Source of the DNA: Euryarchaeota archaeon UBA549
GTDB taxonomy: Archaea > Thermoplasmatota > Poseidoniia > Poseidoniales > Poseidoniaceae
Direction: 5' to 3'
Assembly (NCBI GenBank): GCA_002495645.1
Contig: DAGF01000091.1
Span: forward strand, 1 to 49,476
Length of the DNA: 49,476 nt
Part shown: in pieces, positions 1 through 7,375 of the stretch
How the letters are laid out: every line of letters begins with the position of its first letter
Position numbering within the stretch: the stretch's first letter is position 1
Program-made: the position numbers and the translations under genes
Notes under the pieces: generated by a model
The model's input: only the letters and a program-made list of their open reading frames with translations
What the model was told of the DNA's origin: nothing
Database searches by the model: none

Positions 1-33
1 CCTTTTGAGCCTTCACCTGTGCAGGACAGCGAA

Positions 34-1335
34 TCAAACGCAGTCAATAGTAGCATCACGGTCTGGACCGACACCCACGCTGGTGCACGGCACGCCCACC
101 AAGGCTTCGAGTTTCGCGATGTACTGTTGAGCGGCTGCAGGCAGGACAGCGATGCCTTTGCCTGATTCGTTGGCGTGAACAGCCATGGCCAGCCACTCGG
201 ATAGCGAGAGTTCGGGGAACCCTGGCATGGTGAGGTAGATGGGTTTGCAGCGGGCCAGGGCGGAGGCGGTGGAAGGCAGTTCCGTGATTTCCTTGCCATC
301 CAGTTCGTACGCCACGCAGATCTTGAGTTCCTCAAGCCCGCCCAAGACGTCCAGTTTTGTGAGGGCCAGACCGGTGAAGCCGTTGATGCGCTGTGCGTGG
401 CGCATGACCACGGCGTCAAACCAACCGCAGCGTCGCTTCCTGCCCGTAGTGGTTCCGAATTCATGACCCACTGTGCCCATGTGTTCACCCGCCTCGTCGT
501 CCAGTTCGGTGGGCATGGCGCCGTGGCCGACCCGGGTGATGTAGGCCTTGGTGATGCCAATGACATCCTTCACATGCCCAGGGTGGATACCGGCCCCATG
601 GGTGGCGTTGCCTCGCGAGGTAACTGACGAGGTGACGAAGGGGAAGGTGCCCTGGTCGATGTCCAGCAGGCAGCCTTGTGCGCCTTCGAGAATGACATGC
701 TCGCCCAGTTTCAGGGCGTTGTCGAGCATCAAGCCGGTGTTCGCAATGGAGCTTGCGTAATTCTCGTGAATCCATGCGATGTCGCCGGCCAAACCTTCAG
801 CTGAGACTCGTTCACCGGAACCGGCCGCTTCCAGGGATGCGTTCATGCGGGCCACCGTGGCGTTGATCCAGTCGTCGTCGCCAAGCACTTCGGCCACGTC
901 GCCAAAGCGAAGCCCGACACGGTTGATTTTGTCAGCGTAGGTGGGTCCGATGCCACGACCGGTGGTGCCGATTTTGGTGTCGAGACTGTCCATGTAGCGG
1001 TGGTAGGGGAGAATGATGTGGGCTCGCTCGCTGACAAAAAGGCGTTCACCACGGGGGTCTTCACCGGTGGTCTCTTTCCATCCGCTCAATTCCTTGTCGA
1101 GCACCCACGGGTCGATGACCATGCCATCGCCGAGCACCAGGTGGCATTCTTTGCGGGTAATGCCAGAAGGAAGCAGGTGGAACTTCAGCACCTGTTCACC
1201 GAGCACGACGGTGTGTCCAGCGTTGTTTCCACCTTGGAATCGGGCGACCCACGTGGCTTGTTCCGCCAATCGGTCAACCAATTTCCCTTTTCCTTCGTCG
1301 CCCCACTGAGCACCCAGAATCACGGTGGCTGGCAT
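34..1335 (-). CDS. purA: adenylosuccinate synthetase
   Basis: Track ORF 34..1359(-). Motifs GAQWGDEGKGK (P-loop), GGNNAGHT, TTGRGIGPTYADK, TTTGRKRRCGW. The codon at 1359 is GTG. The first ATG, at 1335, gives MPATVILGAQWGDEGKGK, the usual PurA N-terminus. Confidence 0.95.
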   Translation of the reverse strand: MPATVILGAQWGDEGKGKLVDRLAEQATWVARFQGGNNAGHTVVLGEQVLKFHLLPSGITRKECHLVLGDGMVIDPWVLDKELSGWKETTGEDPRGERLFVSERAHIILPYHRYMDSLDTKIGTTGRGIGPTYADKINRVGLRFGDVAEVLGDDDWINATVARMNASLEAAGSGERVSAEGLAGDIAWIHENYASSIANTGLMLDNALKLGEHVILEGAQGCLLDIDQGTFPFVTSSVTSRGNATHGAGIHPGHVKDVIGITKAYITRVGHGAMPTELDDEAGEHMGTVGHEFGTTTGRKRRCGWFDAVVMRHAQRINGFTGLALTKLDVLGGLEELKICVAYELDGKEITELPSTASALARCKPIYLTMPGFPELSLSEWLAMAVHANESGKGIAVLPAAAQQYIAKLEALVGVPCTSVGVGPDRDATIDCV

Positions 1336-1547
1336 CTCAATCCTCAAGTCGCTTGGCACCGCGGGACGCCTTTGAACCCTGTGATGCTGTTTGGTTCAAA
1401 TCCGTGGTCGGAGCGTGCAGAGCGCACCCATGAACAGGAACGACCGTTTATAACAAGAAACGTGAACTCACACATGAGGTACCCGATTTGTTCACAGGTC
1501 TAAACCGTGTATTGAGCGAGACCAAGTGTGTGCAAAGAAACCTCGGA

Positions 1548-1556
1548 TTTATATAA
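1548..1556 (+). promoter_or_regulatory. archaeal TATA box (TTTATATAA) upstream of tfb
   Basis: TTTATATAA lies about 33-41 nt upstream of the ATG at 1589. AAGGAG at 1578..1583 lies between the TATA box and the start. Assigned by geometry only. Confidence 0.5.
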
Positions 1557-1588
1557 CACAATGTTCCACTACTAAACAAGGAGTTGAG

Positions 1589-2602
1589 ATGATGAAACAA
1601 AAAAACGAGCCAACACAGGCCAAGACCGCAACGAGCCCAACCCTGCCCGGCATGACGCCTCACGACCATTCCCGCCGAACCCTCGAGGGCCACACTCGAC
1701 CCTGTGAAGAGTGCGGCGCCGTCAACTGGGATTTTGATATCTCCCGTGGTGAAATCACCTGCGGCGATTGTGGACTGGTGGCTGAGGAAAACGTCCCAGA
1801 CCCGGGCGCCGAATGGACCAACCGAGACAACGGTGAGGACCGGTCTCGTGTCGGTCGCCCCATGACCTACACCCTTGCTGATAAGGGCCTCAACACCACC
1901 ATCGATGTTCGCGACCTCAACACCGGTATTGCCTCCCGTCACGGCATGAGCTCCCAAGCCCGTCGAGACTGGCGACGCCGTCGTGTCATCGACGAACGCT
2001 CGAAGACTCGAAAGAGTCGTGAGCGAAACTTGGTGAAAGCCAACCAATTCATCCGTGACCGCTCTGGTCTGCCCGCACCGCTCCAAGAAGAGGCGGCCCG
2101 TCTCTACCGTCGCCTCTCCGGCGAAGGCTTCGTCACCGGTCGTTCCATCGCCGGCGTAACCGCTGCGTGCACCTACCTCGTCGCACGACAAGAAGGGTTG
2201 CCCCGCCAAATTCCCGACGTGGCTGAGGCCTATGACATCACTGAAAAGGACCTCTCCCGCTTGATTCGCCAGGTCTCTCGCCGCCTCAACATGCACAAAA
2301 TCACCGCACCTGACGAGTACTTTGACAAGTTCATGTCTGACCTCGGACTTGAACCCAGCATCCGAACCCCGCTTGACGAATTGTGGAGGACCATCCAACC
2401 GCACGACGATGTCTGGCAAGGAAAGAAACCGATGGGCGTGGCTGCCGCACTCATTTACAAGGCTGCCAACGATGCGGGAACGCCTCGCACCCAATCGGAA
2501 GTCTGTGCAGTGGCGAACGTCTCTGAGGTCACGCTGCGTGGTCTGCTTCGCATCATCGACGGACTGTTGGAGAAAATTCGTCAGTACCAGAACTTGCAGT
2601 GA
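1589..2602 (+). CDS. tfb: transcription initiation factor IIB (TFB)
   Basis: N-terminal zinc ribbon CEECGAVNWDFDISRGEITCGDCG, then a linker and two cyclin-like repeats (AGVTAACTYLVARQEG..., MGVAAALIYKAAN...). The track ORF starts at 1526. The ATG at 1589 (MMKQKNE) follows the TATA box and an SD-like AAGGAG. Confidence 0.93.
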   Translation: MMKQKNEPTQAKTATSPTLPGMTPHDHSRRTLEGHTRPCEECGAVNWDFDISRGEITCGDCGLVAEENVPDPGAEWTNRDNGEDRSRVGRPMTYTLADKGLNTTIDVRDLNTGIASRHGMSSQARRDWRRRRVIDERSKTRKSRERNLVKANQFIRDRSGLPAPLQEEAARLYRRLSGEGFVTGRSIAGVTAACTYLVARQEGLPRQIPDVAEAYDITEKDLSRLIRQVSRRLNMHKITAPDEYFDKFMSDLGLEPSIRTPLDELWRTIQPHDDVWQGKKPMGVAAALIYKAANDAGTPRTQSEVCAVANVSEVTLRGLLRIIDGLLEKIRQYQNLQ

Positions 2603-2642
2603 GCGAGGCAACCTTCATGAACGGGGCCTGCAAGCCCTCTGC

Positions 2643-2918
2643 ATGGGATTCAAGGCGAAGGCGCGCAAGCACAAGAAAGACGCCGGTGAGGATCAGAAGA
2701 AAACCAAATCCAGCGCCAAAGAAGGCGAACTGCCATGCGGCGTGAAAGGCTGCGATAACTTCGCAGACAAATCCTTTGGCGGACGTTCACTCTCAGTTGA
2801 CGACGCCATCGAAATGTGGGGCTCCAACGGCTACGAAATGCGGAAGGGACGTGTGCGCGTCTGCAAATCTTGCTACCGAAAGTGGAAGAAGGAAAACAAG
2901 AACGACGAAATGTACTGA
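2643..2918 (+). CDS. small Lys-rich four-Cys (zinc-ribbon-like) protein, function unknown
   Basis: In-frame ATG at 2643 inside track ORF 2322..2918. Product is 91 aa: MGFKAKARKHKKDAGEDQKKTKSSAKEGELPCGVKGC...VCKSCYRKWKKENKNDEMY. Cys pattern CxxxxC...CxxC with basic N- and C-termini. It starts 40 nt downstream of tfb on the same strand. Confidence 0.6.
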   Translation: MGFKAKARKHKKDAGEDQKKTKSSAKEGELPCGVKGCDNFADKSFGGRSLSVDDAIEMWGSNGYEMRKGRVRVCKSCYRKWKKENKNDEMY

Positions 2919-2986
2919 TGTTCACTTTCACTTTCTCCCGTTGGGTGTGAAAAAGTAAGGTGTACCTCCAGCACTTCATTCACCCC

Positions 2987-3550
2987 ATGAATCAACGTAC
3001 AATTGTCCGCAGTCTCACGACAAACGACGGCACACTGGTCGCCATGAACGACGGTGTTGTCTCGTGGAAACCACGTGAAGGCCGAGCGACGAGGACCAAA
3101 CTCGAAGGCTTGCCGACCGTTCTTCTCGCCATGCGCGGGCCAATGGGCCCCGTTGACGCAACGGCCATCGGATGCGCCGACGGTAATGTCGTCGTCCTGA
3201 CCATACCCCGTTTGGAAACCGTTGCGAAGTTCTCCCTCAATTCTGGAAGCATACGGGCATTGACGCTGGTTGATGAGGGCGGCCTCCACTTTCTTGTCGG
3301 TACGCAACACGGCGCTGTCTGGTCAGTGTGCGACGGGCGAGCAAAGCGATGCATCCACGAATTTACCATTGACGGCCCAGTCTCAAGCCTCCACATCGAA
3401 GGCGAGCGAGTGCATGTCCGCAGCGGCTGGATGCATCACGTTCGAACACTGGACGGAACTTCCCATGATGTTGAAAACACGGCTGCAGCCTACCGCGTAA
3501 AACGGCAGAAGCGGCTCAGTCAAACGTATTTCATGCCCTATCCGGCTTAG
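2987..3550 (+). CDS. hypothetical protein with WD40/beta-propeller-like repeats
   Basis: Track ORF 2960..3550 begins with GTG; the first ATG is at 2987 (MNQRTIV). Recurring about 40-aa strand motifs: DGTLVAMNDGVVSW, CADGNVVVLTIP, GTQHGAVWSV, HIEGERVHVRSGW. No family recognised. Confidence 0.5.
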   Translation: MNQRTIVRSLTTNDGTLVAMNDGVVSWKPREGRATRTKLEGLPTVLLAMRGPMGPVDATAIGCADGNVVVLTIPRLETVAKFSLNSGSIRALTLVDEGGLHFLVGTQHGAVWSVCDGRAKRCIHEFTIDGPVSSLHIEGERVHVRSGWMHHVRTLDGTSHDVENTAAAYRVKRQKRLSQTYFMPYPA

Positions 3551-4323
3551 ACCGTTTCGTGTTCTTCAAGCGGCCATGGCGTACGCGGCGTTAACCAAAC
3601 GGCTGTTGGGGCTGGTCGGTCCCACGAGGATGGTGGTCGACCTTCGTTGTTCACGGCCTCTTCGTGGAAGGCGAGATGCCGGTCAAGCACCTCCTGAACA
3701 TGTTCCGCTCCACGAATGGCTGGACCTTGCAACGGCACGATGGAGGTCAGGTTTAGCCGCTTCATGCGTTTGATGCTGGCGATGACATCGATCAAGGAGC
3801 CACCGGGAAGGTCCCAACGGGTCGGACGGTCAGCCCTCGGAATGAGTGCTCCCACGACCAATGTGGAGAGGTGAGGTATGTGAAAACCCATCCCTTCACT
3901 GGCATGGCCGGGGAGATGGATGGAAACCACTTCGCCACCGCCCATGGGAAAAACATCCTCTTCGCTCAATCCCTCGGTGGCCGTACGGGGCATGTCTGAG
4001 TCGTAGCGATTGGCCCATGTCGTGAAAAAATCGCCCGTCTCAAGGGCGGCTTGGCCATCGGCGTGAATGTGAACAGGAACGCCCCCGAAGGCCTCGGCAA
4101 CATGGGCGGCACCACCCGATACTGGAAAGCGTCGTGAGGTCAAGAGAATGCGGTCCAAGCGCTCATCGCCCAATTGGCCAGTGACTCGTTCGACCTGCAG
4201 GGCCTGGTACCATGAAGTTCCTGCATTGATGAGAAGATGGCCTAACGACCCTGAGACAAGAACAACGTTCCCGTCGTGATGGATGCCCGGCAACCTCACG
4301 ACCTTCATGGGATGCCCATTCAT
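3547..4323 (-). CDS. metallo-beta-lactamase-fold protein (HxHxDH motif degenerate)
   Basis: 258 aa. MBL-like layout with HLPGHASEG (PGH motif), HIHADG and a C-terminal H. The position where HxHxDH is expected reads ILLTSRRFPVSGGA. ATG at 4323. Its stop overlaps the convergent stop of the 2987..3550 gene. Confidence 0.7.
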   Translation of the reverse strand: MNGHPMKVVRLPGIHHDGNVVLVSGSLGHLLINAGTSWYQALQVERVTGQLGDERLDRILLTSRRFPVSGGAAHVAEAFGGVPVHIHADGQAALETGDFFTTWANRYDSDMPRTATEGLSEEDVFPMGGGEVVSIHLPGHASEGMGFHIPHLSTLVVGALIPRADRPTRWDLPGGSLIDVIASIKRMKRLNLTSIVPLQGPAIRGAEHVQEVLDRHLAFHEEAVNNEGRPPSSWDRPAPTAVWLTPRTPWPLEEHETV

Positions 4324-4361
4324 CGGTCAACCTTGAACATACCCAAAGCAGGTGGTTGCGG

Positions 4362-4368
4362 TTAAATA
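4362..4368 (+). promoter_or_regulatory. TATA-like box (TTAAATA) for rpl40e, geometry suggests a leaderless mRNA
   Basis: TTAAATA lies 22-28 nt upstream of the ATG at 4390, with no SD in between. Confidence 0.4.
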
Positions 4369-4389
4369 GGGGAATTCGGTCGCCCCATC

Positions 4390-4539
4390 ATGGCACGATT
4401 CCCCGAGGCAGAAGCCCGCTTGCTTCACCGCAAGATTTGCATGCGCTGCAACGCACGCAACGCTGTTCGTGCTACTCGCTGCCGAAAGTGCGGCTACAAG
4501 GGACTGCGTCCCAAGAACATCGAGCGCAAGGGTAACTGA
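4390..4539 (+). CDS. rpl40e: 50S ribosomal protein L40e
   Basis: Not in the ORF track because it is under 60 aa. My translation: [49 protein letters not shown], stop TGA at 4537..4539. It has the L40e CxxC...CxxC zinc-ribbon signature [10 protein letters not shown]...[13 protein letters not shown]. This displaces the antisense track ORF 4327..4650(-). Confidence 0.9.
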   Translation: MARFPEAEARLLHRKICMRCNARNAVRATRCRKCGYKGLRPKNIERKGN

Positions 4540-4544
4540 TGACG

Positions 4545-5540
4545 CTACCCAATCCACTGCATCAAGAGGGTTGTTGGGTCTCCAAACAACACCAGCGGAA
4601 GCACGGCCGGGAACAAGAAGACCAACAGCGGCATTTTGTGGCTGACCCATACCCTTTCCACGCCAAGAGATGAAAGACGCTGGAGGTGTTCGGCGAGCGC
4701 CTCCTTGGTTGGTGTTTTTCGAGGGGCCCGTGTCGCATGAACGACACGTTCCTCACCGCTTGGCATGACCATCGTGTCGCTCAAAACCCACACGTGCCGG
4801 TGAGGCACCTCGCCCACGGCCATCATGGATGCATGCCAGGCCAAGCGGAGGTCGCCAAATCCTCGCACATCTCCCCGCTTGAGATTGACAGCGAGCATGA
4901 CAACGGGAATGAACAAGAACGCGAGGCCACCCCAAATCAGCAAGGCGATGCTGACAGGTAAGGCCACGACGGCACCCTCACCCATGCTGCTGAAGGGAAG
5001 CGGGACCGAGGCCCAAGTTGGAAACATCAACGTGACCCACATCAAGGCCTTGGCGTCGGCACCACCGTGCAAAAGGCGGAGGCGCCAGGCAACATCAATG
5101 AACAAAATCACCAAGAGCAGTGAAGCTGTTCGCCACCACAACATGCCGAGACCGTCCCCGTCATCCAACACCACCTCGAGGGGTGTGGTCGCTTGGTACT
5201 GCACCGCACCAGCAACCAAGCCAATCATACTCGCTCCGTACCAAAACAGGAATGTTCTGTCCATCCAAGAGCCGCTCAAAGCGTCCTTGATGGTCGGTCG
5301 GCCGAACACAGAAACGCTGGCATAAGCGATGACGGCTGAAGCGGTCAGGTAGATGGTCCAGTCTGCTCCTTGCACCATCAAATCCAGCGCCCAGATGAAG
5401 ATGGCGGGTTTCGCCCAGACAATCCAATGTTCATTCGCAACTCTGCGCGTCTTATGGTCCATCCACGCTGCCCAGCCCATGCCGAGGAGAAGAACGGCGA
5501 CCCGTGTCCATCCCAAGATGGCCTCGTTGGTCGCTTGCAT
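4545..5540 (-). CDS. archaeal type IV prepilin/preflagellin peptidase (peptidase A24, FlaK/PibD-like)
   Basis: 331 aa polytopic membrane protein. First catalytic Asp is in WMDHKTRRV, the second in the GxGD-type motif HGGADAKALM. The C-terminal region (VWVSHKMPLLVFLFP) resembles the archaeal A24 C-terminal domain. ATG at 5540. Confidence 0.8.
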   Translation of the reverse strand: MQATNEAILGWTRVAVLLLGMGWAAWMDHKTRRVANEHWIVWAKPAIFIWALDLMVQGADWTIYLTASAVIAYASVSVFGRPTIKDALSGSWMDRTFLFWYGASMIGLVAGAVQYQATTPLEVVLDDGDGLGMLWWRTASLLLVILFIDVAWRLRLLHGGADAKALMWVTLMFPTWASVPLPFSSMGEGAVVALPVSIALLIWGGLAFLFIPVVMLAVNLKRGDVRGFGDLRLAWHASMMAVGEVPHRHVWVLSDTMVMPSGEERVVHATRAPRKTPTKEALAEHLQRLSSLGVERVWVSHKMPLLVFLFPAVLPLVLFGDPTTLLMQWIG

Positions 5541-5562
5541 GGATGAACCACAGCGGCCATCA

Positions 5563-5569
5563 ATTTAAA
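5563..5569. promoter_or_regulatory. palindromic TATA-like element (ATTTAAA) in a divergent intergenic region
   Basis: Sits in the 74-nt spacer between the A24 peptidase start (5540, minus) and the UPF0147 start (5615, plus). It is 23-29 nt from the minus-strand ATG and 46-52 nt from the plus-strand ATG. The plus-strand start also has AAGGTGAG at 5603..5610. Confidence 0.35.
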
Positions 5570-5614
5570 GACGGCCACCGACCAGCCGTCTTTGCGTGCA
5601 ACAAGGTGAGTACC

Positions 5615-5881
5615 ATGGACATCGAAGAACGATTAGAACAAGTTGCGTCCGTCATCAATCAAATTGACGACCCCAAAGTCCCACGAAACATCCGCCGACA
5701 GGCCAAAGAAGCCTGTGAAAACTGGCTGCTGAACAAAGGCCGACAACTGGATGTTCGCATCGCCATGGCTCAATCAAAACTGGAGGAACTGTACGAGGAC
5801 CCCAACATTCCACCCGAGTTCGGCACGCTGATCTTGACCATCAACACCGAACTTGAGCGCATTCTTACCGAAGTGCTCTGA
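5615..5881 (+). CDS. UPF0147 family protein (conserved archaeal helical protein)
   Basis: In-frame ATG at 5615 inside track ORF 5504..5881. 88 aa: MDIEERLEQVASVINQIDDPKVPRNIRRQAKEA...DPNIPPEFGTLILTINTELE. This matches the UPF0147 hallmark (D..VPRNIRR.A, then DPN.P). Confidence 0.8.
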   Translation: MDIEERLEQVASVINQIDDPKVPRNIRRQAKEACENWLLNKGRQLDVRIAMAQSKLEELYEDPNIPPEFGTLILTINTELERILTEVL

Positions 5882-5882
5882 A

Positions 5883-7322
5883 TCACTCTTCTTCCTCTTC
5901 TTCGTCGCTGAAGGCGAAAACGAGGCGGCCGAGGAATAATCGCTCTTTGACGCTGAGTTTGCCCTCCGTAACGATGGCTTCGAATTGCTCATCCCAGTCC
6001 TCGCCGTCATGCATATGGTCAATACCGATTCGAATCAATGCAATTTGGTCAACACTCAAGCGACCTCTCCGCAGGGCGTATTCGGCCGCAATGCGAGCTG
6101 AGATGAGTTTCACCTGCTCGTCGGTGTAGCCCAGAACAGTTTGCAGTTCATTGAGCATGCGCTCCTCATAGGCCGTGATTCGGCCGTCTTTGATGGCCTC
6201 GCGCCATGCCTCTTCCAAGGTCGGCGCACGTTCTGAAAGAAGGATGGCCAGGGGGCGGGTGGCATCGATGTTCTCGAGAACAATTTTCAAAATGACCACG
6301 AGCGGGATGGAGAGAATCATGCCAATGATGCCCCAAACCCAGAAGGAAAAGGCCGTGACCACCAGGAGAAGCACAGGTGAGATGTCGAGCGCTCGACCGG
6401 CCCATCGTGTTTCGATGATGTTACCCCAAAGTTGCTGATTGGTCAAGAGGAGGACCGTGAGCAGCACCAGCATTGCAGGGTCAAGAAGGATAAATCCAAG
6501 CAGAATCGGTGGAATTGTGGCCAATAAGGAACCGATGTAGGGGACATAGTTCAGCAGGAAGGTGAGCAACGCCCAGGTGAACCAGAGGTCGATGCCGAAC
6601 ACCAGCATGACCAATCCTGCACAGACACCTGTACCAAAACCGACACCGGTCTTGACCACCACATAGGTGTTGACACTGGCTTCAATTTGGTCGCGAATCA
6701 TGTGGACGCGTTCACTTGCTCCACCGGGATAAGCCCGTTCAATCCGTCCCGGGAGCAAACTGGCTTCAAAGATGATGAACAGCAGGAAAAAGAGGACGGT
6801 GATTCCGGTGATGAAGAACATCCCAACGCTCGAGAGCAATCCGTTAAGGGCCTCGGAAATCCCAGAACCCTCATCAAGCAAGCCCATGCTTGCCAGGTCG
6901 TCATCAAGGGTCCCCTCAACGGTTGCACCTGCATCCAAGAGCGACTTACCAACCACGGGCATCTCCTTTAGGTCGGACCAACGTTCGTCGAGCAAGAGGG
7001 TGTACTCATCCATGCGCTCCTCGTCGGAGAGAAAATTATCCGCTTGCTGATAAGCGAAGAAACCCGCACTCAACACAATCAAAATCGCCAGCATGAGCAT
7101 GGTGATGTACGACAGCATGATGGGGAAACCCTTCTTTGAGAGGGCGTCAGCTCCAGGCTTCAAAACAAAATAGATACCAAGAGCGATGAACAATGGCTGA
7201 AGCACATCAATGAGTTGAATCAACCAGACGGTAACCAACGTCATGATGACCGCAGCATGAGATAGCACCGTCAGCCGATTACGGAATTGCTGACCCGTCC
7301 ATGCCGAAGACTCAGTCTCCAT
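5883..7322 (-). CDS. AI-2E family transporter (PerM/UPF0118) with C-terminal soluble extension
   Basis: Multi-TM protein with the AI-2E-type segment NYVPYIGSLLATIPPILLGF. The codon at 7352 is TTG; the first ATG is at 7322 (METESSAW). The last roughly 120 aa are soluble and end in DEEEEEE. Confidence 0.8.
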   Translation of the reverse strand: METESSAWTGQQFRNRLTVLSHAAVIMTLVTVWLIQLIDVLQPLFIALGIYFVLKPGADALSKKGFPIMLSYITMLMLAILIVLSAGFFAYQQADNFLSDEERMDEYTLLLDERWSDLKEMPVVGKSLLDAGATVEGTLDDDLASMGLLDEGSGISEALNGLLSSVGMFFITGITVLFFLLFIIFEASLLPGRIERAYPGGASERVHMIRDQIEASVNTYVVVKTGVGFGTGVCAGLVMLVFGIDLWFTWALLTFLLNYVPYIGSLLATIPPILLGFILLDPAMLVLLTVLLLTNQQLWGNIIETRWAGRALDISPVLLLVVTAFSFWVWGIIGMILSIPLVVILKIVLENIDATRPLAILLSERAPTLEEAWREAIKDGRITAYEERMLNELQTVLGYTDEQVKLISARIAAEYALRRGRLSVDQIALIRIGIDHMHDGEDWDEQFEAIVTEGKLSVKERLFLGRLVFAFSDEEEEEE

Positions 7323-7375
7323 AACCCTAGCCTGCACGGCTTTGGTTTTCAAAACATCTCCAACAGAAAAACGGC

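Noticed and set aside
1393-1403. GGTTCAAATCC, a canonical-looking tRNA T-loop sequence, suggesting a tRNA gene between purA and tfb
   Set aside because: The flanking T-stem pairs poorly (TTTGG with CCGTG). No complementary 7-nt acceptor strand exists about 65 nt upstream. The sequence is better explained as the 3' arm of an 8-bp inverted repeat with TTTGAACC at 1371..1378.
1448-2611. 387-aa ORF antisense to tfb
   Set aside because: It completely overlaps the well-supported TFB gene. Its composition is Arg/Gly/Val-rich and it has no motifs. Long antisense ORFs are expected in GC-rich coding DNA.
4327-4650. 107-aa ORF on the minus strand
   Set aside because: It is antisense to a clear L40e gene (4390..4539, plus), has no recognisable motifs, and is Ala/Val/Gly-rich in the way typical of antisense frames in GC-rich DNA.
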